This document shows, piece after piece, positions 18,005-27,638 of a stretch of DNA of 64,000 nucleotides. The position numbers and the translations under genes were made by a program. Where the stretch lies: positions 866,709 through 930,708 of the forward strand of contig OZ246405.1 of the NCBI GenBank assembly GCA_965231005.1, written 5' to 3'. Every line of letters begins with the position of its first letter. Positions within the stretch are counted from its first letter, which is position 1. The notes under the pieces are model-generated. The model saw only the letters and a list, made by a program, of their open reading frames with translations. It did not search any database and had not been told where the DNA came from. The stretch is from an uncultured Gammaproteobacteria bacterium. GTDB lineage: Bacteria; Patescibacteriota; Patescibacteriia; Magasanikbacterales; UBA922.

Positions 18005-19273
18005 ATGTTTAGGAAACACATTTTTACAGGTTTTGCACCTAATACATCTTTTGAAACAACAAAAAGTGCTTTGTTGTCTTTGGTAGCACCTTGGAAATGG
18101 TTTTCTCTTAGAAAAGGAACATATGTAGGCATTGTCGAAGATCAGCTTAAAAAATATTTTGGTGTAAAAAATGGAATAACATTTGATAGTGGACGAACAG
18201 CATTATTTTTTGCATTAAAAGGACTTGGCATTTCAAAAGGAGATGAAGTGATTGTTCAAGCGTATACATGCGTGGTTGTAAGTAATGCTATACGCTGGGC
18301 AGCGGCAACACCAGTGTATGTTGATATTGATGATAATTTTTGCATAGACCCTCACGAGGTTGAAAAAAAGATTACCCCAAGAACCAAAGCACTGATTATT
18401 CAACACACCTTTGGGAAACCAGCACAAATGGATTTATTAATGGATATTGCAAAAAAACATTCTCTGTCTGTGGTTGAGGATTGTGCACATTCATTCGGTG
18501 CAACGTATAAAGGAAAGAAACTTGGAACTTTTGGTGATATTGGCATGCTTAGTTTTGGTACTGAGAAAGTGATTTCCTGTGTTCGCGGTGGTGCTGTAAT
18601 AACAAATGATCCAACAATAGCATCAAGAATGGAAGAGTATAGCAAAGAACTTCCGCATACGTCATACACAAAGCTCATTCAACACTTGCTTCATCCTATT
18701 GTCTTTCCAATTGGAAGACTATTCTATGGTCTTTTTATTGGGAAAGTATTTCTATGGTTTTTTCACAGATTAAAGATCACAGCTCGTATTATTTATGGAA
18801 GAGAAAAAAAAGGGAATCAGGTTCCATTTTATCCCACAACACTACCCAATGCCTTGGCTCATCTTTTGTCTATTGAGCTTGAGCATGTAGAAGAACTCAA
18901 TAGACAAAGAAAAAAAATAGCTTCTATCTATCAGACATGCCTCAAATCAATGCCTGGATTTAACTGTACAACATGGGATGAGGAATCTGTTTATTTACGT
19001 TTTGCTGTGAGGGTAGAAAAAAATAGCTCTTCTTTATTTTCCTATGCAAAAAAGAAGCGTATTATATTGGGAAATTGGTATAGAACAGCTATTGCTCCTG
19101 GAGATATTGATATGAGTACCACAGGCTATAAAAAGGGGAGTTGTCCAAAGGCAGAATTATTTGCAAGTCAGTCAGTAAATTTGCCAACTCATAGACATAT
19201 ATCGCAGCAAGATGCGCAGCGCATTTGTGCAGTACTTACACAATATGAAAAATCAAAAAATACATCTCATTGA
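18005..19273 (+). CDS. DegT/DnrJ/EryC1/StrS-family PLP-dependent aminotransferase (sugar-nucleotide aminotransferase)
   Basis: 422 aa; DSGRTALFFAL...GDEVIVQAYTCVV...HTFGKPA...SFGTEKVIS pattern of the DegT family. Confidence 0.8.
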   Translation: MFRKHIFTGFAPNTSFETTKSALLSLVAPWKWFSLRKGTYVGIVEDQLKKYFGVKNGITFDSGRTALFFALKGLGISKGDEVIVQAYTCVVVSNAIRWAAATPVYVDIDDNFCIDPHEVEKKITPRTKALIIQHTFGKPAQMDLLMDIAKKHSLSVVEDCAHSFGATYKGKKLGTFGDIGMLSFGTEKVISCVRGGAVITNDPTIASRMEEYSKELPHTSYTKLIQHLLHPIVFPIGRLFYGLFIGKVFLWFFHRLKITARIIYGREKKGNQVPFYPTTLPNALAHLLSIELEHVEELNRQRKKIASIYQTCLKSMPGFNCTTWDEESVYLRFAVRVEKNSSSLFSYAKKKRIILGNWYRTAIAPGDIDMSTTGYKKGSCPKAELFASQSVNLPTHRHISQQDAQRICAVLTQYEKSKNTSH

Positions 19274-20288
19274 ACATCCTCAGAAATGGGAAAAATTTAT
19301 AAAAAAACAAGAAAATTCATTGTTTATTCAAGCTCCAGCATATGGAGATTTTTACGAAACACTGCAAGAAAAACAATGGATTATTGGTGTCATAGAAGAT
19401 GACGAAATCATTGCAGGATCGTTAGTACTTAGTGTTCATGCAAAACGAGGAAATTTTTTATACTTGCCATACGGTCCAATAGTAAGTGATAAATGTACAG
19501 ACGAAGAACGTGAAGTCATATTGGATTATTTTTTTTCGTATTTAAAAAAATTTGCACTAGATAAAAAATTTGATTTTATCAAAGCATCTCCATTTATTCC
19601 TGATTCAGAGCCAAGTAGAAATATGTATGCACGATATGGATTCCGTCCCTCACCAATGCACATTCTGGCTGAAACAACATGGATACTTGACGTAGCAAAA
19701 TCTGAAGAGGAACTGATGAGGGAAATGAAAAAGAATCACAGGAATTTGATTCGAAGGTGCAATCGAGAGGGAGTTGTGGTCGAGAAAAGCAGTAATAAAG
19801 AAGATTTGCAAGGGCTTAATTCGATGATGGATGCAACGGCTTTGCGCCACAATTTTGTTCGTTTTTCAAACAAGTATATTGAAAATGAATTTGAAGTGTT
19901 CTCAAGAAACAACAATGCGCTTGTTTTTAATGCCTATCTTCCTGATGGAAGATTGGATGCGAGTGCTGTTATTATATTTTATGGGGCAATGGCAGCATAC
20001 CGTCATAGTGCATCCCTTAATTTGGACAAAAGACTTCCAACCTCATATGCCCTTCAGTGGGAGGTAATTAAAGAAGTAAAGAGGAGAGGGATAAAGTACT
20101 ACAATTTTTGGGGAATTGCTCCAGATGATTCTCCGAAAACACATCCGTTTTATGGAATAACACATTTTAAAAAAGGGTTTGGAGGATTTCAACAAGACTT
20201 ACTTCACTGCCATGATATGCCTCTTACATGGAAGTATTGGTTTAATTGGCTTGTTGAATCAGTAAGGAAGATAAAGCGTGGTTTTTAA
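19212..20288 (+). CDS. FemAB-family aminoacyl-tRNA-dependent peptidoglycan peptidyltransferase (FemX-like)
   Basis: 358 aa; FemAB-like N-domain and C-terminal motifs (YNFWGI, HFKKGFGG); the true start is probably an internal Met, since the ORF overlaps the upstream gene by about 60 nt. Confidence 0.6.
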   Translation: MRSAFVQYLHNMKNQKIHLIEHPQKWEKFIKKQENSLFIQAPAYGDFYETLQEKQWIIGVIEDDEIIAGSLVLSVHAKRGNFLYLPYGPIVSDKCTDEEREVILDYFFSYLKKFALDKKFDFIKASPFIPDSEPSRNMYARYGFRPSPMHILAETTWILDVAKSEEELMREMKKNHRNLIRRCNREGVVVEKSSNKEDLQGLNSMMDATALRHNFVRFSNKYIENEFEVFSRNNNALVFNAYLPDGRLDASAVIIFYGAMAAYRHSASLNLDKRLPTSYALQWEVIKEVKRRGIKYYNFWGIAPDDSPKTHPFYGITHFKKGFGGFQQDLLHCHDMPLTWKYWFNWLVESVRKIKRGF

Positions 20289-20297
20289 TATAGATGT

Positions 20298-21320
20298 ATG
20301 GGGAAAAGACTCCTAAATCACTATAGGCTGAAACGTAAGCTAGAAACAAAGATTCGTCGTGCGCGACAAGAACTTTTAGCACCTATAGCCCCACATAAGA
20401 GCCGGCATGATTATGCATGGAGAAGAAAGAAAAGGAATCCTTATGCATATGAGCACAAGCAAAGTCCTTTAAAACAGAGGATTCAAATTGTTATTATATT
20501 ACTTTCATTTGTAACAACGCTCGGTTTTATTTTTTTTCACAAGTCATTTCATATTACCACCGTTAGTGTATCAGGATTAACTCGTCTTAGTGAGTATGAA
20601 ATATCAGATGCAGTACTTGGTTCGTTGGATTATAAAAAAGTATTTTTGTTTCCTGCAGCAAGTTTTTTTCTAACAAATGTCCATGACATAAAAGATACAC
20701 TCCATGCTCGATTTCCTGTGGAATCTGTGTTGGTAAAAAAAAGTTTTCCAAATACAATTGAAATTTTTGTTAATGAAAAGATATCAACTATTATATATGA
20801 CAATGGTCAACAATACGCATATATAGGCTTAGATGGAAAAGTTGTAGAGCCGCTTCGTATTGTTGGTGATGATGAGTGGATGAGAAAAACAGAAATTGTA
20901 ACTTCTACAAATGAGCTAGGGGAAGAGGTTGCAGATGAAAAAATCATTGAAGAATCTCACAAACCACCTGTAGCGCAAATATTGAGTGAAATGGGGGATT
21001 ACCCTATAGTCTATGTGGATGATCGAAAAGATTTGAAGGTAAATGATAATGTAATCAAGCCACAACATATGGAAGGAATTGTAGAATGGTTTAATTATCT
21101 TGAAAGAAAGACAGATATTCCAATTGGCTATATACAGATAAAGAATGAAGTGGGGGAGGGGCTTATTACAACACGAGAAGGGTGGAAAATATTTGTTACA
21201 TTTGACAAAACAGTGTCTCTTCAAGTTGAAAGACTTCAAATTATTTTAAAAGAAAAAGTAACAAGACCGAACTTTCAATATATTGATGTTCGATACGAGG
21301 GGAGAGCGTTTTGGAGATAG
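20298..21320 (+). CDS. ftsQ: Cell division protein FtsQ/DivIB-like (basic N-tail, one TM, POTRA domain)
   Basis: 340 aa; Arg/Lys-rich cytoplasmic tail, TM, then a POTRA-like segment (ITTVSVSGLTRLSEYEI...); last gene of the murF cluster. Confidence 0.5.
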   Translation: MGKRLLNHYRLKRKLETKIRRARQELLAPIAPHKSRHDYAWRRKKRNPYAYEHKQSPLKQRIQIVIILLSFVTTLGFIFFHKSFHITTVSVSGLTRLSEYEISDAVLGSLDYKKVFLFPAASFFLTNVHDIKDTLHARFPVESVLVKKSFPNTIEIFVNEKISTIIYDNGQQYAYIGLDGKVVEPLRIVGDDEWMRKTEIVTSTNELGEEVADEKIIEESHKPPVAQILSEMGDYPIVYVDDRKDLKVNDNVIKPQHMEGIVEWFNYLERKTDIPIGYIQIKNEVGEGLITTREGWKIFVTFDKTVSLQVERLQIILKEKVTRPNFQYIDVRYEGRAFWR

Positions 21321-21326
21321 GTAAAA

Positions 21327-21355
21327 AGTAAAGGCACACGGTTACGCATGCCTTA
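21327..21355. terminator. Bidirectional hairpin between convergent ftsQ and the small island gene
   Basis: AAGGCA/TGCCTT stem with a 12-nt loop, A-rich on the + side and T-rich on the - side. Confidence 0.35.
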
Positions 21356-21384
21356 CTTATGCCCTTTTGTGTCAGTTGTTCTTG

Positions 21385-21735
21385 CTAGTCGTGAGGACCA
21401 CTTGCACCAGCAGGGGCAGTCTGCGGGAACAAGTCACATTCACCTTCATCATCAAGCTTGTCATCAAAGCACTCTGTCTGAGGCAAATGGACGATTTTTC
21501 CAAGACCAAAGCCCCATCCCCACCAGACATACTTTCTGTCTTTGTTCGTGGTTCTGTTTTGATCGATTTCGCAGGCGCTGTGTCTTGCCAAGAAAATGTA
21601 GTTGTTTTGGATCCAGATGTGGAAGTTATAACACCAGCGTTTGATTGTGACTGCACGCCTACAGGGATAGGGGATAAAGCCAAACAGGTAGCAAACTTTC
21701 CACCGTCTGACAGTCTGAGTAATTTGGGTTGGCAT
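21385..21735 (-). CDS. Small (116 aa) Cys/Trp/aromatic-rich protein of unknown function in a GC-rich (~50%) island
   Basis: Canonical AGGAGG SD 8 nt upstream of the ATG at 21735, unlike most native genes here; six Cys, WWGWGFGLGK segment; the longer track ORF (to 21918) extends into AT-rich non-coding DNA. Confidence 0.5.
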   Translation of the reverse strand: MPTQITQTVRRWKVCYLFGFIPYPCRRAVTIKRWCYNFHIWIQNNYIFLARHSACEIDQNRTTNKDRKYVWWGWGFGLGKIVHLPQTECFDDKLDDEGECDLFPQTAPAGASGPHD

Positions 21736-22322
21736 AAGCACACCTCCTGTGTGTGGGTCGGGTTCAATAGTTATTGTAACCGTGTCTGATGAATTTTTTT
21801 TGAAATTAAAATAAGAGGGGAGTAAAAGAGTATATATTATGTCATTTGAGAGGATATGTACTAGTGTCGCACATTGTACCTTATGCGACATTTCTACATT
21901 AAAAAAAGCTAAACTCAATTATTTAGGCATACTCAAATATAATATTGCATAAATTTTTGTTTTAATAATATTATTAATTTTTTACATATCTTATATATGA
22001 ATATAACTTTTACATTCGAATTTTCTGTAATTTTAGGTAGATTGGCCACTACCCTATATTTTCCTAAAATAAGCCAAAAATTCAATATTTTACGACACTA
22101 CAAAAATGCGGTTCAAAAAAAGAGGTAGTAGGACATCTCTTTTTATTACAAAAATTTATGTGAAGATTATAGGACTGGATTTAAGGGAGGCAAATGGAAG
22201 TTTGATTCATGAAAATATCAAATATGACATGTTAATGAAGGGAATTTGCTCGTTTATTCAGAGTTGTTTGAAAAGTAAAAACATCATTTAACCATCCTGA
22301 ATGTTGTGCGACACAAATAAAT

Positions 22323-22700
22323 TTATTCTGAAATTTCAAATTCCAAAATCACAAGTCCATGTTTTTCAATATCATCATCACTGAAAAACTGTTTTGCTAA
22401 TTCAGCAGCTTTTTCTGCAGAGATTCCAGGAAGGAGTTTGTTAAGGTCCTCTCCCCCACTCACATCTGCAATGTTTCTATAAAATCTTGTGTCTGTAACT
22501 TTTGTGCTAACCTCTTCCCCACTCCCAGAACTAAACAAAATTTTTTCATCAATAGATATGGCACGAAATGAGCCAAACGCAACACGAAGCTCTAGTGTTT
22601 TTTCTCCAGAAGCAATCATATCAAAAATTTCTTTTCTTACGAAAATTTTTCTAGCGTCAACTGGTTCAGCTTTTTTTGTTTCAGGATGTTTATTTTCCAT
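22323..22700 (-). CDS. ASCH-domain (PUA-like fold) protein
   Basis: 125 aa; IFVRKEIFDMIASGEKTLELR matches the ASCH N-terminal motif. Confidence 0.5.
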   Translation of the reverse strand: MENKHPETKKAEPVDARKIFVRKEIFDMIASGEKTLELRVAFGSFRAISIDEKILFSSGSGEEVSTKVTDTRFYRNIADVSGGEDLNKLLPGISAEKAAELAKQFFSDDDIEKHGLVILEFEISE

Positions 22701-22704
22701 ATGA

Positions 22705-23232
22705 CTATGTTTTAGAGATATATGTATAAAACTTATTATATACGTCTTTCAAAATTCTCGCATCATCTAGCGCGTTATGCTCTCGGTTGTCATAATCCAC
22801 ATTCATACCAATCATTTTGAGAAATTTTTTGTTTCCAAGTCCATTTGGTGCAAAACCATAGCCAAATAAAATTGAAGCAAAGTCTATTGGAATCCAAAAT
22901 GCTGGGTGGTCCTTTGGTGATCCAAATAATTCATACCAATATACTGCGTCCAGCTGATTCACATAGGACAGTAAAAATGGCTCTGAATCACCTATAAAGT
23001 CTTTGATCATGGCAATAGCTGCTTTTCGCTCAATAGTGATACCTTCAAGAAACGGTAAAACATTTTTCACTACCCATGGATGGCACTCTCCAGAATGCTC
23101 AAATTCAATATATAATTCTTCTCCAGATGGTTTTATCAATCCTATAGAGAGGAGTTCTCCCTTCTTTGGGTCTAAATCTGTAAATTCTGCATCATAGAAA
23201 ACAATATTTTCTGAGTGGGGTGCAATAGTCAT
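22705..23232 (-). CDS. DEDDh-type 3'-5' exonuclease (DnaQ/oligoribonuclease-like)
   Basis: 175 aa; Exo I FYDAEFTDLD and Exo III HNALDDA motifs. Confidence 0.7.
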   Translation of the reverse strand: MTIAPHSENIVFYDAEFTDLDPKKGELLSIGLIKPSGEELYIEFEHSGECHPWVVKNVLPFLEGITIERKAAIAMIKDFIGDSEPFLLSYVNQLDAVYWYELFGSPKDHPAFWIPIDFASILFGYGFAPNGLGNKKFLKMIGMNVDYDNREHNALDDARILKDVYNKFYTYISKT

Positions 23233-23236
23233 ACCT

Positions 23237-24481
23237 TTATAAATAATTTAGCGGATTGACAGGAATTCCATTTTTTCTTACTTCAAAATGAAGATGTGGT
23301 CCAGTTACGAACGGACCAGCACCGACGGTTCGGGGTGTCCCTCCAGATCTACCAATAACATCTCCTCTTGTAACAAATTGTCCTTCACTTACGTGAATAA
23401 CATTCATGTGTCCATATACAGTAGAAATACCATCATTGTGAACAAGCATTATATAGCTATAGCAGCGCCATGTAGTACATTTCCTTGCGCGGGCAACATA
23501 TCCACTTGCTGCAGCCTTAATTGGACTCCCCTGCCCTGATCGTATATCAATTGCGTTGTGTTCAAATATGTGTCGGTATGGATAATCTGGGTCATGAAAT
23601 GTAGCAGTAACATATTTACTTTGTGTTGGCCAAGAAAGCTTTGTCTCTTCCTTTGTATTTGATATTTTGTTCTCACTTTGGAGCTTTCTTCTTACCTCTT
23701 TTTCAATATTGCTAATTTCTGCCTCTATATCCTCATACTGTCTTCGCAAACTCTTTACAAGTGTCTCGAATTTCAATTCGGATGATTCAGCTTGGACAAG
23801 CAATTCTTGCTTTCCAAAGGTCTGTTCATCAAGATCCTTCTTTCTTTCAATAAGTTGTTCATTTAGCTTTGTATAAGATGTTTTTCTCTCTTCAGTCTGA
23901 TCTCGTTTTTCTTGTAATTCATTCTTTGCAATTCCTAGTGATTTTGCAGCTGCACCAAGATCTTGTTCAAGAATTTCAAGCTGTTGGAGTTCATTATAAA
24001 AGTCTGAAAAAGTATCATAGACTGCTAAAATTTCAATAAAACTTCTATCCCCATGAATATGAATATTTCTAATCAGTTCTCCCAAGATTGTTTTTTGTTT
24101 TTTGATTGATTCTTCCTTGTCTGCAATGTTCAATTCAAGTACTTCTATTTCAAGTTGAAGTGATTCTATTTTTTCATTTGTTGATTGGATATCAAGCTCA
24201 ACTTGCGCAATTCTATTATCAATAATATAGATTTGGTTTGACAAAGACACTGCCTCAGCTCTTTTTTTGTCTATCTTTTTTTTGTACTCTTGGATTGATT
24301 TTTCAATTTCTTTAATTCGTTTCCTTTTTGCCTCAATAGAATCATTTAGCTTTTCTATTTCTTGTGCATTTCCTCCAACAGGATTGGGTTCATTTGAACC
24401 AAAAACAGCTGGAGTGTCTCCAGATATTACAAAAATGAATAGGAGTATTGTGAAAATAGGAAAATAACGTATCCTGTGCAT
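23237..24481 (-). CDS. M23 (LytM) peptidoglycan metalloendopeptidase with long N-terminal coiled-coil (EnvC-like)
   Basis: 414 aa; signal/TM, about 250 aa coiled-coil, C-terminal M23 motifs (HxxxD-like ...VYGHMNVIHV...GPHLHFEV). Confidence 0.8.
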   Translation of the reverse strand: MHRIRYFPIFTILLFIFVISGDTPAVFGSNEPNPVGGNAQEIEKLNDSIEAKRKRIKEIEKSIQEYKKKIDKKRAEAVSLSNQIYIIDNRIAQVELDIQSTNEKIESLQLEIEVLELNIADKEESIKKQKTILGELIRNIHIHGDRSFIEILAVYDTFSDFYNELQQLEILEQDLGAAAKSLGIAKNELQEKRDQTEERKTSYTKLNEQLIERKKDLDEQTFGKQELLVQAESSELKFETLVKSLRRQYEDIEAEISNIEKEVRRKLQSENKISNTKEETKLSWPTQSKYVTATFHDPDYPYRHIFEHNAIDIRSGQGSPIKAAASGYVARARKCTTWRCYSYIMLVHNDGISTVYGHMNVIHVSEGQFVTRGDVIGRSGGTPRTVGAGPFVTGPHLHFEVRKNGIPVNPLNYL

Positions 24482-24523
24482 ACTATAGAAAGTATAACAT
24501 AAAAATGACCTCTGTGGGAGAGG

Positions 24524-25987
24524 TCATAATCTGTCTATTCCGTCTTGAATTCTCTGAATTGTCTTTTCCTTTCCTAGGACACTCATTATTTCGAAAGGTC
24601 CAGGTGAGTTTTTCTTTCCGGAAAGTGCAACTCTAGCAGGCCACAGAACATTTCCAGTTCCAAATTGATGTTCTTTCATCCAAGCAATGATATTTGATTC
24701 CAGATCATCTTTTGACCAGTTTGCCTTGTATGTTGAAAGATATGATTGTAATTCTGATAACAATTCCTTTGCTTCTTCCTTTGTTCCTTTTCGCCACACA
24801 AGGAGTTCAGATGGATATTCAACTTCTTCGGCAAAGATAAAGGCAAGATGTTCTGGAAAATCATGCAGTGTTACTGCACGTTCTTGCTCTAAGGCTACTA
24901 TTGCTTCCAATTCTGACACAAATTGATCATTTTCAAGTGATGCCTCTGAAATGAGCCCTGCATTGATCATATAAGGTGCTACAAGTGCAGTGAGAGCTGA
25001 TATGTCCAAAGCTCGCAGGTATTGTTGATTGTACCAGTCCAATTTTTCTCTATCAAAAAAGGAAGGTGATTTTCCAACTTTTTCAAAATCAAATTCGCTT
25101 ACAAGCTCTGCTAGAGAAAAGATTTCTCTGTCATCTCCTGGATTCCAACCTAAGAAAGAAATAAAGTTTATAATAGCCTCTGGCAAATATCCTTTTTCCC
25201 TAAAATCCTGAACAGAAACATCTCCGTGTCTTTTGCTTAATTTTTTCTTTTGTTCATTCACAAGGACTGGTAAATGCGCAAAGACAGGAGGATCCCAACC
25301 AAACATGTTATACAAAGCAATATGTTTTGGTGTAGAACTTATCCACTCCTCTCCCCTAATAACGTGAGTTATATTCATTTCATAGTCATCAACAACAACT
25401 GCAAAATGATATGTCGGAAATCCATCTGATTTTATTAAGACTTGGTCATCAATCAGTTTATTTTCAAATTCCACTTTCCCTCTGACAAGATCGTCAAATT
25501 CTGTTGTCCCCTCTTTGGGCATTTTTAGTCTAATAACAAAAGGAGCATCTTTTTCTTCTTGTAGATTTCTACAATGTCCATCATAGCCAGGCGCTTGTTT
25601 ATTTTTTTGCTGAATTTCTCTTAATTCATCTAAACGTTCTTTTGTACAGTAACATTTGTAGGCACTCCCCTTTTCAAGAAGAACAGCAATATGCTTTTTA
25701 TACAGTGAAAGCCTTTCTGACTGAATATATGGGCCAAACTCACCTTTTGTAACAATACTTCCTTTTTCAAGCACAGGACCTTCGTCCGGTGTAATTCCTC
25801 CCCATTGCATAGCATGAAGAATATTTTCTATTGATCCCTCGACAAAGCGTTCTTGATCAGTATCTTCAACTCGCAAAATAAATGATCCTTTTTTACTTTT
25901 TGCCAAAAGATATGCATACAAAGCAGTACGCAAGCCACCAATATGGAGAAAACCTGTTGGACTAGGTGCAAATCGAGTTCGTATCAT
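24524..25987 (-). CDS. gltX: Glutamyl-tRNA synthetase
   Basis: 487 aa; RFAPSPTGFLHIGG (HIGH) and KLSKRHG (KMSKS) motifs. Confidence 0.9.
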   Translation of the reverse strand: MIRTRFAPSPTGFLHIGGLRTALYAYLLAKSKKGSFILRVEDTDQERFVEGSIENILHAMQWGGITPDEGPVLEKGSIVTKGEFGPYIQSERLSLYKKHIAVLLEKGSAYKCYCTKERLDELREIQQKNKQAPGYDGHCRNLQEEKDAPFVIRLKMPKEGTTEFDDLVRGKVEFENKLIDDQVLIKSDGFPTYHFAVVVDDYEMNITHVIRGEEWISSTPKHIALYNMFGWDPPVFAHLPVLVNEQKKKLSKRHGDVSVQDFREKGYLPEAIINFISFLGWNPGDDREIFSLAELVSEFDFEKVGKSPSFFDREKLDWYNQQYLRALDISALTALVAPYMINAGLISEASLENDQFVSELEAIVALEQERAVTLHDFPEHLAFIFAEEVEYPSELLVWRKGTKEEAKELLSELQSYLSTYKANWSKDDLESNIIAWMKEHQFGTGNVLWPARVALSGKKNSPGPFEIMSVLGKEKTIQRIQDGIDRL

Positions 25988-25991
25988 AATA

Positions 25992-26753
25992 TTATTTTGT
26001 TATGTGTGACATCACTATACCAGCTGAAATTGCCAAGTTCAAGCTCTCAGCATTCCCCTTTCCAGGAATAACAAGAGTCTTATCAATATACGTTATCATC
26101 TCTTTGGATAATCCTTGAGACTCACTTCCAAAGACATACACTGATTTCTGTTTTGCTTTGAGTTTGTGTATGTTGTCACCCTTCATATCAAGTCCATATA
26201 TGTCATATCCATCATCTTTTAGCATGCCAAGGACACGAGAACTATTTTCCTTATTTAAAATATTTGTACGGAAGATTGATCCCATAGTACTTCGGACTGT
26301 TTTTTCATTATATGGATCAGCAGATTCTTCAGACAAAATAATATGTTTTATGCCAAACCAATCTGCCGTTCTAATAATTGTTCCAAGATTTCCAGGATCT
26401 TTCACTTTTTCAAGAAAAAGAATAGGGGTTTGATCTAACATGTCATTAATATCAATTTCTGGCATTTCAACAATCGCCTGTACTCCTGGAAATGTGTCAG
26501 TCGTTTTAATATCTCCAATATCTTTTCTTCCACAATACTCAATTGGAATGTCCTTTTTTGTAGCAAGGGTTATGAGTGATTGCAATTGTTTTTCATCTCT
26601 CCTTGAACCTTCAACAACCATAACTAATACATTTGCGTTATCTATTGCCTCGTGGACCCCTTTTACTCCTTCAACAAGAAATTCTCTAAATTCGTATCGA
26701 TACTTTTTTTGATGCAATTTCTTTATCTGTTTTTTAATTTGTGATTTAAGCAT
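25992..26753 (-). CDS. SpoU/TrmH-family RNA 2'-O-methyltransferase (RlmB-like)
   Basis: 253 aa; N-terminal substrate-binding domain, C-terminal SPOUT motifs (GNLGTIIRTA, VFGSESQG, ESLNLAISAGIV). Confidence 0.8.
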   Translation of the reverse strand: MLKSQIKKQIKKLHQKKYRYEFREFLVEGVKGVHEAIDNANVLVMVVEGSRRDEKQLQSLITLATKKDIPIEYCGRKDIGDIKTTDTFPGVQAIVEMPEIDINDMLDQTPILFLEKVKDPGNLGTIIRTADWFGIKHIILSEESADPYNEKTVRSTMGSIFRTNILNKENSSRVLGMLKDDGYDIYGLDMKGDNIHKLKAKQKSVYVFGSESQGLSKEMITYIDKTLVIPGKGNAESLNLAISAGIVMSHITK

Positions 26754-26763
26754 ATAAAGAATA

Positions 26764-27537
26764 TTAACTCCACATAGTGTGATGTCTCTGGGATGTTTTT
26801 TTTGTTATGTAAAAAAATAAAAATTTTGCAGTAGCATTCCAAATACGAACAATTCGCTTTGGTTCATGGAGCAATCTCCACATCCACTCCATACCAATTG
26901 TTTGAATAAATACTGGAGCTCTTTTTATTTTACCACTAATCATATCAAAGGTTCCACCTACAGCCATTGCGACTTTTACAGATGGAAGTTGTTGTATGTG
27001 GTTGTAAATCCATTGCTCTTGCTTATTGTGTCCAAAACCAACAAACAAAATATCTGGCGCAAGATCAATAATATGGTTAAGTATTTTTTCATTTTCATCA
27101 GTATCAAGGATACGAAGTTTATTGTCTGCAATGTGCAATCTTGGTCCTGGATGCACTCCGTGGATTTGCAAATTCGGAAAGATATTTTGCAAATTTTGAG
27201 CAGAGCTTTCTATTGTTTCCTTGTTTCCAGATCCAAGAAGGTAAACGCTTTTTCCTTGCTCTTCTGCAAGCTCACAGACATCATGCACAAACCCTGCTCC
27301 AGGAATTCTACTCAAAGAAAATTTTGAAACGAGCTGCAATCCAACACCATCGCACAAGTTCATTGAAGATGAATTAAGAATATTATGAAAAATATGATTA
27401 TTTTGGGCCTCAACAACAATTTCAGGGTTTGGAGTAAACACTGTATGTTGTTGATTTGAACTATTCAAAAAGGCAGAAATATTCTGTTTTGCCTGCTCTT
27501 TTGTAAGATTGTCTACTCGTACGCCAAGAATTTTCAT
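26764..27537 (-). CDS. WecB/TagA/CpsF-family glycosyltransferase
   Basis: 257 aa; MKILGVRVDNLT start and DGVGLQL...YLLGSG segments typical of the family. Confidence 0.7.
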   Translation of the reverse strand: MKILGVRVDNLTKEQAKQNISAFLNSSNQQHTVFTPNPEIVVEAQNNHIFHNILNSSSMNLCDGVGLQLVSKFSLSRIPGAGFVHDVCELAEEQGKSVYLLGSGNKETIESSAQNLQNIFPNLQIHGVHPGPRLHIADNKLRILDTDENEKILNHIIDLAPDILFVGFGHNKQEQWIYNHIQQLPSVKVAMAVGGTFDMISGKIKRAPVFIQTIGMEWMWRLLHEPKRIVRIWNATAKFLFFYITKKTSQRHHTMWS

Positions 27538-27608
27538 ATGATGACGGAAATATTCATTTTAGGGAAATCGAGGAAATATGTTATAATATAGCCAAATATT
27601 ATCACATC

Positions 27609-27636
27609 TTGACAGAGTTTACCAGTGTGGTATAGT
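27609..27636 (+). promoter_or_regulatory. Sigma-70-like clpB promoter (TTGACA, 16 nt, TATAGT)
   Basis: TTGACA at 27609-27614, TATAGT at 27631-27636. Confidence 0.5.
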
Positions 27637-27638
27637 AA

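Noticed and set aside
21348-21789. Plus-strand ORFs (98 and 140 aa) and a second minus ORF (131 aa) overlapping the island-1 gene
   Set aside because: The high GC keeps all frames open. Only the minus frame starting at 21735 has a canonical RBS; the others start at TTG or ATG without SD.
22106-22291. 61-aa ORF in the AT-rich spacer
   Set aside because: No SD or start context, low-complexity AT-driven sequence, and it sits in a region better explained as promoter/terminator DNA.
21864-22315. 10-bp inverted repeat GTGTCGCACA / TGTGCGACAC, 430 bp apart, as possible terminal inverted repeats of a mobile element
   Set aside because: Tens of such 10-mer inverted pairs within 500 bp are expected by chance in 64 kb, and there are no flanking target-site duplications; kept only as a motif note.
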